A stretch of 64,000 bases of DNA from Octopus vulgaris (Eukaryota). Under the pieces are notes generated by a model. That model saw only the letters and a program-made list of their open reading frames with translations. It made no database searches and was not told where the DNA came from. Positions 1-11,658 of the stretch are shown here, piece after piece. The stretch is from the NCBI GenBank assembly GCA_951406725.2, contig OX597825.1:61194001-61258000 (forward strand), given 5' to 3'. How positions within the stretch are numbered: position 1 is the stretch's first letter; the number at the start of each line of letters is the position of its first letter. The position numbers were made by a program, and so were the translations under genes.

Positions 1-148
1 TGCTACTGTAACTTGTGTTATTGTTATTATTATTATTGTTATTATGTTTTCCCTAATTCATCATGCTGCTGATATTAAGCAAGGTAATTCTTACATTACA
101 TTCAGGTTTGACTTTTAATTGATTTACTGTTGACACAAAATAAGATTT

Positions 149-300
149 ATGCAGGTTTTATATTTTGTTTCGTTTTTGGATTTGGTTTGCAAGATTCCTT
201 ATGTGAGTTCATGTGTTGAAGCATATTCTGTTGCATCTGGGGAGTGTCATTTTCTTTTTGTGCCTTATATTTTGTTATTTTTCCTAAATCTTTTAGGTTG
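149..300. mobile_element. Fragment of the Penelope-like palindromic element family seen at 27147-27420
   Basis: ttgcaagattccttatgtgagttcatgtgttgaagcatattctgttg...tcattttctttttgtgccttata is the reverse complement of 27310-27420. Confidence 0.65.
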
Positions 301-375
301 TAGTCACAGATTTGGAAATTTCAAAATTAAATGAAAATTTTCAAATTTAATATATTGATGTAAGTTTTCAGGCTG

Positions 376-449
376 ATATATGAATTTTTGGGATTCATTT
401 ATTCCAGAAAATATATGAATTTTTGGGATTCATTTATTCCAGAAAATAT
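376..449. repeat. Perfect 35-bp direct tandem duplication
   Basis: atatatgaatttttgggattcatttattccagaaa x2 plus atat. Confidence 0.9.
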
Positions 450-467
450 TTAAGAAAATGTTGCAAA

Positions 468-938
468 TGGCACCTTCGGCAAGTGTCTTCTACTATAGCC
501 TCGGGCCAGCCAAAGCCTTGTGAGTGCATTTGGTAGACAGAAACTGAAAAAAGCCAATCAGAGTGGTTGGCACTAGGAAGGGTATCCAGCTGTAGAAACT
601 CTGCCAGATGAAGATTGGAGCCTCGTGCAGCCATCTGATTCGCCAGCCCTCAGTCAAATCGTCCAACCCATGCTAGCATGGAAAACGGACGTTAAACGAT
701 GATGATGATGTGTATGTGTGTGTGTGTGTGTATGTTTGTGTGTCTGTGTTTGTCCCTCCCAACATCGCTTGACAACCGATGCTGGTGTATTTACGTCCCC
801 GTAACTTAGCAGTTCAGCATAAGAAACTGATAGAATAAGTACTAGGCTTACAAAGAATAAGTCCTGGAGTTGATTTTCTCAACTAAAGGTGGTGCTCCAG
901 CATGGCTGCAGTCAAATGACTGAAACAAGTAAAAGAGA
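468..938 (+). mobile_element. SINE family A copy, 5' truncated, carrying a nested family D 3' end (about 557-710)
   Basis: tggcaccttcggcaagtgtcttctactatagcc...gtcaaatgactgaaacaagtaaaagag matches full copies at 10155 and 30145. Confidence 0.85.
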
Positions 939-1406
939 GGTTAATAGTTTGATCATTTTTAGCCAGTCAGAAAACAAATATAAAGTGCTGGGATTTTTTG
1001 CATCAAAACTTATGGTGTTGATCAAAGTGTTGAAAGTATTACAGAGGTGTATGTCAAACACTGAAAATAGGGCAGTATGCAATTTTTGCTCGTTACTATA
1101 GAAACAGACAATATGAGATTCACAGTCATGTTGTATAACGGTGGCTTTTAATTGGCTAAAGTTACCCATAATTTACAACTTTAAAAACAATTAAGATTTT
1201 ATTCATTAATTGATGGCCAAAAAGAATTTCATTTTAATAATCAACAAGCAAAACTCAATCAGTATAACGAGATTTGAAAACAATTTGAACAAATTCGAAA
1301 AAACAGGAAATCTTTGATAGCAACCAAAACAATCTCTTTTATCCATACTATTTATGTTTAGCCCCCAGCATAATACTGATCAAAGAGACCTAAACTTTTA
1401 TTATTA

Positions 1407-1570
1407 TTAAGAGCGTGGGCTACTAACCCCAAGATTCTGAGTTCGATACCAGATATATGCATATCCACGTGCGCACCTACTAACACACATATATGCATAT
1501 GCATATGCATATATAATTATGAACACAGCCATATACCATTCAAGCACAAACATATGCAGATTGATATATA

Positions 1571-1635
<65 letters not shown>

Positions 1636-1720
1636 TAATAATAATAATAGTAATAATAATAATAATAACAACAACATCGAAAAATACCTTAGATGAGGAC
1701 AACATCCTAAATATTCCACA
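1407..1720 (+). mobile_element. tRNA-head/(AAT)n/HHR-tail SINE copy with the ribozyme segment deleted
   Basis: head ttaagagcgtgggctactaaccccaagattctgagttcgatacc, (AAT)n 1571-1667, tail aacatcgaaaaataccttag joined directly to atgaggacaa; compare 47080-47356. Confidence 0.6.
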
Positions 1721-2721
1721 TCATACCATCTCAGTTTCATTTGAAATATATCAAATTTTTTTTTTTATTCAATACATTCATTTCTTCTTTAAGATACTAA
1801 AATATGACTTGAGAAAGAAAATTTAGCTCTTATTTCTAACAGGTTAAATAACAACATGAATTCTCTCTTGATAATATCAACATTTTTGCACATATGTTGA
1901 CATAAACATTGTTGTGAATCTCTGGTTCTTTATATGTTTTTGGAGCGAAAAATATTTTTGTATATTCTCTGTTGGCTTTCATCTTGTTTTTGTGATATAT
2001 TTTTTCATCTATTTATTTCTTTTCTTCTTTTATCTTTTTATTTTTTTACAGAATTCTAGTCCTCGGGAAAGTTCTGTAGATAAGTATTATTTAAAATTGA
2101 TAGCTTCAGAACAAAATACTTTTAACAAACATATATTTATAATTCTGATCACACAAATATTTATATTCATAACATAAGAATAGCAACATATTTATAGTGC
2201 AGAAATAGAAATAGATTCGATGGCATAAGAATAGTAACTAAAGGCATCTCTGGTAAATTCAAAGTTTCATTGAATACTTCTTGTAATTATAAGTATATGA
2301 TGAGATCAAACAGACTCTTTATATTAATCAGAAGCATAGTTATTTGCAGAAAGATAAAGGCTAAAGATACCACTAATCTTATTTTTTAATACTATTAATA
2401 TTATCCAGGTTTTTCTAATCTTGTAATCTCTAATTTCAAAAAAATACAAGACTACAAGAATAAATAAGATACAATATATTTTCGTATTTTTGCCCAACCT
2501 CGTGCGTTCCATTGTAGAAATTATTGTTTCAGCTGATTAACTTATCACCTGTTACTTGAGAGTCACGAGTCACAACAGTATAAATCCTCTTACATGTATA
2601 TGTGTGTGTGTTTGTGTGTGTGTGCCTACATGCATGTGCGTATGTGTTTATAAAGAGATAAATACATATGCCCACATACAAGCATTATATATAAGTATTG
2701 TATATATAATGCATACATACA

Positions 2722-2755
<34 letters not shown>

Positions 2756-2837
2756 AATATATATATATATGCATAGATGCCTTTATATAAATATATGCTA
2801 TATGCATAAACACATGCTTATACGCACACACATATAC

Positions 2838-2840
<3 letters not shown>

Positions 2841-2877
<37 letters not shown>

Positions 2878-3505
2878 TTAATGCCTGCTTTCCATTCTGG
2901 CATGGGTAAGACGTTTTGAATGGAACTGGTAAACCAGAGAGCTGTATCTGGTTCCAGTCTGATTTGGCATGGTTTCTATGGCTGGATGCCCTTCCTAATG
3001 TCAACCACTCCAAGAGTGTAATGGGTGGTTTTTATGTGCCACTGGCTAGGGTAGCAGTTATGTGACACTGGAATTAGCCACGACTATGCTTCCACTCTTG
3101 GCTTGATGAGTCTTCTCAAGCAGAGCTTATCAACAGAGGTCTCAATCAGGATAAATATATATGCATGTATGTATTTATGTGTGTGTATGTGGGTTGGACG
3201 ATTTGACTGAGGACTGGCAAACCAGATGGCTGCACCAGGCTCCAATCTTGATCTGGCAGAGTTTCTACAACTGGATGCCCTTCCTAATGCCAACCACTCT
3301 GAGAGTGTAGTGGGTGCTTTTACGTACCACTGGCATGAGGGCCAATCAGGCGGTACTGACAACGGCCACACTCAAATTGCATTTTTTACATGCCATCTGC
3401 ACAATAGCCAGTCCAGCAGCACTGGCAATGACCTTGCTTGAATGTTTTTTCATGTGCCACTAGCACAAGTACCAGTAAGGCAATGCTGGTAACGATCACA
3501 CTCAA
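2841..3505 (-). mobile_element. Two family D SINE-like copies (RTE-type 3' tail ending in (GAT)n)
   Basis: catcatcat..tttccattctggcatggg..ctggatgcccttcctaatgccaaccactc; same family at 36409, 47990 and 60515. Confidence 0.8.
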
Positions 3506-3569
3506 TGTATATATATATATATGTATATACATACATACATAAATACATACATACATATATATACATACA

Positions 3570-3605
<36 letters not shown>

Positions 3606-3773
3606 TATAATTATATAGACTAAAATTAGGATTAAGGGCACAGAAGCCACTGTACCTATATGCTAGAAAGAGATGTCAATTCAATTCATATATATCTGTG
3701 GATATTTTTATGTACTCGTGTCTATGGGCTTGCATTTATGTGGGTATGTGTAAATGTTTATTTTTCTCAGTAT

Positions 3774-3830
3774 ATTCTACTGATGAAGGAAAAGTTATTA
3801 AATTTATCCAGAAATTGATCAATCTAGGAT
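3774..3830 (+). ncRNA. Minimal type-I hammerhead ribozyme with canonical core
   Basis: stem I ATTCTA/TAGGAT, core CTGATGA, stem II GGA-AAGTT/AATTT-TCC, GAAA, palindromic stem III ATTGATCAAT, AUC cleavage triplet (cut after 3824). Confidence 0.75.
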
Positions 3831-4151
3831 TATCCAAATTATTTTATGAATTTTTGGTTTGTCCACTTTTCCCACTTATAACCTGTGTATATAGAAGTGA
3901 ACCTTGTAGTGGTTGGATGTATTTGGCATCTCTTTCTAGCATATAGGCACAGTAGCTTCAGTACCTGTAATTATAATTGTATTCTATATAATTATATATC
4001 TATAAATGAATTTTACCTAAAAGGTCTTTTTATATGCTGGTCACAGATAAAATTCATTAATTTTTAATGATTTTATCCTTTAATTATATATGTCATCCAA
4101 GGGAAAGGCAAAAGGGCCGATATAGCTTGGTGCCAGTGACATCGCAGCTCA

Positions 4152-4466
4152 TTTATTAACATGCAAGTGGCTGAGCACTCCACAGACATGTGTACCCTTA
4201 ACGTAGTTCTTGGGGAGATTCAGCGTGACACAGAGTGTGTTAAGGTTGGCCTTTTGAAATACAGGTACAACAGAAACAGGAAGAAAGAGTGAGAGAAAGT
4301 TGTGGTGAAAGAGTACAGCAGGGTTCACCACTACCCTCTGCTAGAGCCTCATGGAGCTTTAGGTGTTTTCACTCAATAAACACTCACAATGCCCAGTCTG
4401 GGAATCGAAACTGCGATCCTACGGCCACGAGTCCGCTACCCTAGCCACTGGGCCATTGCACCTCCA
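4152..4466 (-). mobile_element. SINE family C (tRNA-derived head)
   Basis: reverse strand ggaggtgcaatggcccagtggctagggtagcggactcgtggccgtaggatcgcagtttcgattccc with box A/B; near-twin at 62325-62709. Confidence 0.85.
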
Positions 4467-4485
4467 TACATATATACATACATAC

Positions 4486-5913
4486 CAACATTTGGGCTGC
4501 TTGATTGGATGCTTGATGAGATCTGAGCCATTCATGTTAAAACCCGAAAAATACTAACAAGCACACATAATTTCCACATAAACAGTGATGTAAACCACCC
4601 CTACCTAAAATGAAAACAAGGTGGCACAGGCTTAACATCGATCCAAAATGCCTTTGAATGTCTCATCATATCCCTTCAGCAACATCTTTTAAACATCATG
4701 TGTCGAAGTGCATTCCTTCATCATAAAACATGGAAGGTAGCTCCTTGAGCAACACTCTTTGTCTGATAACCTAGAATACATTTCCAAAGAAGACCTATAT
4801 GTAAGTAGAAAGCTCTGTGATGATAGTAACATCGATCATCAAAGCAGTCGGATTACTACCTCCCACTTTGAAGGGTATGTGTTTGCAATCCAGGAACAGG
4901 AAATATCAACCAAGGATTTGATGCACAAAAGGGATAAAGATGCAAAGAAAGCAGTAAAATCTGACAACCAATGCAGACTTTGTGGAGTTTGCAGTGAAGA
5001 TATCACCCACATAATAAGCAGTCATCTGAAAATGTCATCTCAGCATTATCTACTGAAGAAACATGATGTTGTAGCTAGGACACTCTATAATGAAATCCAT
5101 CAGAAGGATAATCCCGAGGACAAAGAAATAAAAATCCACAATATGGTAGAAGCCATAGCCACTCATAATAAAAAGGAATACTGGCGGAATGTACCTGTGA
5201 AGACCTCAATAAAATGTAAGCACAGCAGACTTGATATAATGATTTGGGATAGAGAAGAGAAACTGCACAGGTGTGGAAATTAGCTGCCCAGTGGATGTTA
5301 ACATAAAGATCAGTGAAAAAGAGAACACCTAAATTGAACTATTGAGAAATAAGCAGTTACTCTATCCAGATTGCAAGTTCAGGTGTATACTTGTAATTAT
5401 TGGGGCTCTAGGATATGTAACACACTGCTTAAATACCAATCTTGAGAAATTAGGCTTCTCAAAACCAGGAAGGAAAAAACTAATTCGAAGACTATAGATC
5501 CAATCCGTCACTGGTACTGTAAAAATCTACAAAACTTTCCAGAAGTTTATCATTTAAATATATATGAGCACATCTGGATATGCAAGTATATGCATGAGAA
5601 TACATACATAAATCATACAAATTTGCACATACATACATACATACATACATACATACATACATACATACATACATTTGTACATAATACATACATACATATG
5701 TACATAATACAACATACACACATACATACATACATACACACACATACACACATACACATACATACATACATACATACATACATACATACATACATACATA
5801 CAAAAAAATACCCTGTTGTTGACGTTGAAATTCCAATGAAGGAGCCTTGGATCTAGGTTAGAAACCGGTTCTTTCTCTGTTGGCAAGAAATCTTGAATTA
5901 AACCGAATAATGA
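4486..5913 (+). mobile_element. 5'-truncated non-LTR retrotransposon with REL endonuclease (R4/Dong/NeSL-like), pseudogenised
   Basis: NFHINSDVNHPYLK*KQGGTGL post-RT motif; ORF 4759-5283 CRLCGVCSEDITHIISS zinc knuckle, KKHDVVARTLY, KHSRLDIMIWD; frameshifted VEISCP; flanked by (CATA)n. Confidence 0.85.
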
Positions 5914-5941
5914 CATGCGTACATATGTACGTACATACATA

Positions 5942-6577
5942 AGATTATTTACAATGTATCTGCTGGAAGAACTGCCTTGATGTATACATCAAAGGCATGT
6001 CAGAACCAGCAGATATTCACACCTTAAAAAACAAGGAATACTGGTGGAGCACCTCAATAAAAACATCAATTCAGTGCAAACATAACAGACCTGATATTCT
6101 TCTATGGAACAGGGAACAAAAGTCATGCCTTGTTGTAGAGGTCAGCTGCCCTTTGGATATGAATGTACAATCAAAAATCCAGGAGAAAGAGAATATTTAT
6201 GGTGAATTAATGCAGAACTCACAGACCTTGTACTCTGACTATGTATTCTCATTTGTACCTATTACCATACCTACAAATTTGCCCAAAAACATAGAAATAC
6301 TCAGTTGCATGGAGAAAGAGTAAAAGAAACAGATGTAGATTCTCCGAATCCGCTCTGTTAGTGGCATAGTAAAGATTTGCAGGGCATTCCTGAAAATCTC
6401 TACCTGAGATTCTTACCTGAATAGGTGCACATGCTAGGTGTATGCATCATCTGTTCAACCCACATGCCACATCTTTACAAACACCAGGAATTCTTTTAAC
6501 TCAAAAAGTCTTGTTGCTTTGTTAGTAACCGACTTGAACACTCTTAAAAAGAGCTTAAATTAAATTCAAAGAAAAGT
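5942..6577 (+). mobile_element. Second, diverged REL-endonuclease non-LTR 3' fragment
   Basis: ORF 5997-6323 CKHNRPDILLWNREQKSCLVVEVSCPLDMNVQSKIQEKENIY (PD..E..K..KY-like motif); ends directly in catacatacatac. Confidence 0.85.
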
Positions 6578-6610
6578 CATACATACATACATACATATAT
6601 AAAATATATA

Positions 6611-6866
6611 TATAAATGCGCCCTTTTAAAGCCTAACCAGGTTCATGGGCCCGGTTTCCTGGTTTTCATGACATATGTGTTCCCAAGCTGGATGGGATGC
6701 CAGTCCATCGCAGCATTACTCATTTTTGCCAGCTGAGTGTACTGGAGCAACGTGAAATGAAGCATTTTGCTCAAGAACACAACGCATCATCCAGTCAAGG
6801 AGTCAAAACCATAATCTTACGATCATGATGCTGACACCCTAACCACTAAACCACACGCCTCCACAC
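6611..6866 (-). mobile_element. SINE family E (tRNA head plus CORE-like central domain)
   Basis: reverse strand gaggcgtgtggtttagtggttagggtgtcagc...gtgttcttgagcaaaatgcttcatttcacgttgctccagtacactcagctg; twin at 43040-43301. Confidence 0.85.
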
Positions 6867-7417
6867 ATACATGTATACATACATAAATATCTTGTTAAAT
6901 TCATTTTGATGTACGAATTAGTAGATTTCTTCAGCTCAAATCATAAGCTGAAATTTAAGAAATTATGTCGAAAGTATTCTTTTTAATATTTGGCTTACAT
7001 TAATGAATATCAAATAACAATGACAGCTTATCTTCAAATGTAACTCATTTTCACAACATTGCAATGAAACGAAAACTATATTTTGGAAAATTACAATACT
7101 TTGTTTCACCAATTCAATAATTAGTATGACTTTCAACAGAACTGCACTAAAGAACCTCAACAAAATTGCACTCTCTGATAAGAAAATAACACCATTAATT
7201 CTGTGAATAAAAAACTCAAAACACTCTATCACTGAAGACTTAACAATCTGTTTCTTTTCAACAAAACCAAGACACAGTCACAAACACGGACACATATATT
7301 ATACAGATAAGACAGTAATATTTCGAATGCTGTTTAGCTGTAAAAACAGCTGAAAGATTGTGTATTTTACCCTTATAAGATGGAAAAATTTGCCAGCAAA
7401 TGGCTGTGGGACTTGAT

Positions 7418-7790
7418 TCATCATTCATTGTTCGACCATGGTTGAGACAATGGAATTTACTATGTTATGCCAGACTTCACGGTCCATCAAAACATTACAG
7501 AGGTTCTGTTGTTGGATGCCTGTATCTCTGGAGATTACATCAGAGTAGGAGAGTGTGCGCCCTCTGGTATCACGAGCAGATGGCTTCCAGAGGAGAAGAG
7601 TAGAAATTACCTTGTTTTCAGCTCTACAACAATGTCCAGCAAACTGGATTCTTCTACCTTTCACAAGAGATGATACAGGTGGTAATTTCCCATATATCTG
7701 TACTTTGGTTGTATGACACTTCCACGAGAGATTTTGAGCTCTCATAAGGAGACGATTGTAAGTTCCATACAACCACCTCTCAAGCTTCTT
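7418..7790 (-). mobile_element. RTE-clade LINE 3' end
   Basis: ORF 7425-7772 RRIQFAGHCCRAENKVISTLLLWKPSARDTRGRTLSY..ISRDTG..DREVW, then short tgatga tail. Confidence 0.8.
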
Positions 7791-9075
7791 TGTATGAATA
7801 TATATATGGCATCATATATTTATTGAACCTGCACCCCTTGGATACTACCTGAGTATTCTACCATTTGGTAAAACTGCCCACTGATGTCTAAATTGATCGA
7901 GATTGTGTAGAAAAATGTTACAGAGGTTTAAATATAATTTCTAAGCAATATGTAAACGGAATTTTGAAACTAAGCATTTTGTGAGTGACAAGCTGTGTAT
8001 TGTAAAATGAAAGCAAACATTAGTAGAGAAGATTTTAAACAAAATGAAAGCTATGCATTGTAACACATATACAGATAAGTGTCAAAGAGTATGGTGAATA
8101 TATATAGAGAGATAGATTAAAAGTGACACATATAAAGTGGGAGAATTGTTGACCTAAAAGTTGAGTTCTTCTTCAAGCAAATTATATTTTATCATTATTT
8201 ATAGATGACATTGCCTTTGGGACAGAGATTTTGAAAATCAAATTCGTTTTTCTTGAGGATGCATCACTTCAGATCCTTTTGGGGCTAAACATAACCACAT
8301 ACACTCACATTTGTCTAATATAATATATATATGTATGCATTTAATTATGAATATCTTAACCTCTTTCTCACTCTACACACACACACACATATATATGCAT
8401 GAGATAAAATGCATATAAACATGATGCCATATATTTATTTATACATAAAGTACACTGTATTCTTCCCTCAAACCATTGAAGTTATACTATTACTTAAATG
8501 AGTTTTCAGCATTTTGCTGCAAAATCAATTAATTTATACTTTAATAAATAGATTTCTTTTATTATTGCTCAACAGTTTAGAAAAGAATGTTTAGTGACAC
8601 CTGATAACCCATTGAAAACAATGAAACTAGATGGTTTGATGCCCAAAACTGCCTGTATATGTCTGCACGATACGGAGAAATACATTAAAAGCATCATATG
8701 TGGAAGCATCTAATCTGGAAACAGCTGTTAAGAGATTACTTACGATATGCTCTTCTATTCTAATAACTCTACTGTAACAGCTCTGCAGTTATGCTTGAAT
8801 ATATAAACTCAATGCACTAAACTGATACCAGTTGTTTGTCCACTGTTTCTTTATTTCTACAGTACATTTATTTGCTCAATGATGAACCTCTTATAGCCAT
8901 TCATTGTTAGGGACAACACCACCACTTTGCTTCAGTCTTAGTTAAGTAGATTTGAACATTTATTTTATATACCTATTATAGTAGACGCAATTTTTTATCT
9001 AAGCTCTCTCTTTATCTCTCTCTCCCTCCCTTCCTCCTCCTTATACATACATAGATACACATATACATACATACA

Positions 9076-9164
<89 letters not shown>

Positions 9165-9400
9165 GATAGATATATTTATAAATTTATATAAATAAGGATA
9201 AGGTCGATATTCAAATACAGGTGGCCAGCATAGGAATAAAAGCCTTTCAAAGGTAATAATTATTTAAAATTATAATTTAGGGTATCTAAGAGATACCACC
9301 ATGCTGAAAATAGCAGTCAAAAATATAGTCAAGTTTTTGACTGCTATTTTCATACCCTAAATTATAATTTTATATATACATAATTTTATATATATATATA

Positions 9401-9580
9401 GTCAATCCAAATAAACAAATGGTAAAATGAAAAATATGAACATGAAGATGTGCACAAGAAATGTATTATCTTGATGCATATTGAAAGGAGAGAGTTTGAC
9501 GTTTTGAGCATAGCTCTTTGTTGGAAAGGAGACAAGGAAAAAACCAAAGATGGAGAAGACAGCGTCAATGGCCCACGTGT
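9401..9580 (-). mobile_element. Penelope-like short element with decayed HHR (9495-9527)
   Basis: reverse strand tttCCAACAA-AGAGC-TAT-GCTC-AAAA-CGTC-aaac is a CpG-decayed form of the motif at 20153-20187; both share the gtcaatccaaa end. Confidence 0.55.
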
Positions 9581-9654
9581 AGTAAGAAAAAAGTTACAAC
9601 TCTATTTTCTTATTACCACTCCAGACTTGATTAATGCTTTGTTCAGAAGCATAC

Positions 9655-9960
9655 ACATGTAGTCTGATCAATAAGTATCCGGACTGTTGGCATAGTAATG
9701 AAGCTAAAGCAGAGGAAAACCACTTGGTATAGATTAACCTTGATCTCTGTTGTGCATGCGCACTAGGTTTCTGGCTCACTTTTGCTGTTTACAGCAGTGC
9801 TTAGAAGGAAGGTGTGTAGTGTGTGATCGTCGTAATGATTATGACAGAGAAAGTTGAAGAGAGTCTGCATAAAATTTTGCCAAAAACTTGGTGATACCTG
9901 CTCAGAGGAGTACACAAAGTTTTTAAAGTTTTCATCATTCTTGACACGACCAAGTAAACC
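9655..9960 (+). mobile_element. Mariner-derived non-autonomous relic (transposase N-terminus)
   Basis: MTEKVE..RVCIKFCQKLGDTCSEEY resembles the mariner N-terminal HTH (QRxxIKFCxKLGK); TIR-like start gtagtctgatcaataagtatccggac. Confidence 0.6.
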
Positions 9961-10154
9961 TTGTGCAACTGAAACCCGAGTGTCATTTTGGTCAGCTGAA
10001 TGCAGAACTGAAAATATAATAAATACATCAGACTTTAAAAAGAAGTGCTGGGCTGAAACAACTGAATAAAACTCCTGAAGGCAGTGCTCCAGCATGGCCA
10101 CAGTCAAATGACTGAAACAATAAATAGATTTTTAAAACAGATTTTTAAATTTTT

Positions 10155-10325
10155 ATAGGTGTAGAAGTGACTGTGAGGTAAGTAGCTTGCTTACGAACCA
10201 CATGGTTTAGGGGTTCAATCCCACTGAGTGGCACCTTGGGCAAGTGTCTTCTACTATAGCCTTGGGCCGACCAAAGCCCTTTGAGTAGATTTGGTAGATG
10301 GAAACTGAAAGAAGCCCGTCATATA

Positions 10326-10384
<59 letters not shown>

Positions 10385-10607
10385 GTGTGTGTATATGTTT
10401 GTGTTTCTGTGTTTGTCCCCCCAACATCACTTGACAACCAATGCTGGTGTGCTTACGTCCCCGTAACTTAGCGGTTCGGCAAAAGAGACCGATAGACTAA
10501 GTACTAGGCTTAAAAAAGAATAAGTCCTGGGGTCTATTTTTTCAATTAAAGGCGGTGCTCCAGCATGGCCACAGTCAAATGACTGAAACAAGTAAAAGAA
10601 TAAAGAA
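10155..10607 (+). mobile_element. SINE family A, full length, with internal (TA)n/(TG)n
   Basis: head gtgactgtgaggtaagtagcttgc...gggttcaatccc (box A/B), ccttgggcaagtg, tail gactgaaacaagtaaaagaa. Confidence 0.9.
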
Positions 10608-11406
10608 GAATAAATATGCTTATTAGCAGTTTGTTGTATTAATACAACTCTCTGAAATCCATGCATCTTTGACAGACATCAATGCACTGAACAAAAATAT
10701 CATGAATCTCACTAGCAGAGTAAGGGATTCCAAATGCTTCGATAGTGCTTCCAACCCTCCTCTCACTAATTAACAAAGCAAATATTTATTTTAGTCGCAT
10801 ATATTTATTGTATTTACATGCACATACTGTTGTGTTTATTGGAAATAATCTTTTGAGAGTTCATATTCCCATATGCATGCGTTTGCATACAGCTTGTTTA
10901 TTTATTTGCATACGTAATTAAAAAAATAAAAAGCACACATCTGTGTTTGTACACAACTAATTTATCATGATCATGCATATATGCATGCACATGCAATATC
11001 TCATGCACATACACGTGTTTGCTTTCTGACAGTCATATATACACATATATACACATAAGTGCCTACCGGTCTAACCACTTTCATGCATGCTTGTAGGTTT
11101 TACAACCAGATACATGCATAGATGTAATTTTATGTTTATACGCATGCATACACATGAGCTTATGTTTCCGTTTGTGTGAATGCACGCGTACCCTGCTTGA
11201 TATTTGTGCATTCTCACTTCTGCACCTATGCCCTCACACACTCATGCTGGTGTAATCACATACATATCTTCTCACCCATGCACATTCTGGTTCTATTCAC
11301 ATACAAGCGCCCATGCACCAATGCACACATGCATACATATACATACAGATACTAACACACCCACCATGCACACACATACATGCAACCACCAACTCATTGA
11401 CACATA

Positions 11407-11620
11407 CAAGAGGGTGCTGAAAAGTTCCTGGCTTTAAGGATATCATGAAAGGCCTAATTAGAGGCCCAAGCTTCCAAGTTCTTATCTAGGACTTATAAAA
11501 ACTGAAGGACTGCTGCAATGTGTGTGTGCATCTGAGAGGGGAATATTTTGAATAAAATCATAATTATCTGATACTCCTGTATGTTTTTTACCGAAAGCCA
11601 GGAACTTTTCACACCTCTCA
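11407..11620. mobile_element. Tc1/mariner-type MITE
   Basis: TIR gagggtgctgaaaagttcctggcttt / aaagccaggaacttttcacacctctc, flanked by TA on both sides. Confidence 0.85.
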
Positions 11621-11658
11621 TACATATACTGTTGTATTAATACTCATATGCTCGCAAA

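Noticed and set aside
1517-1740. Poly-Ile/poly-Leu ORFs resembling signal or transmembrane peptides (also 16363, 37989, 40497)
   Set aside because: Pure (AAT)n/(TAG)n microsatellite translations.
2051-2177. Exon after strong acceptor ttttttacag (NSSPRESSVDK...)
   Set aside because: No convincing donor and no recognisable homology.
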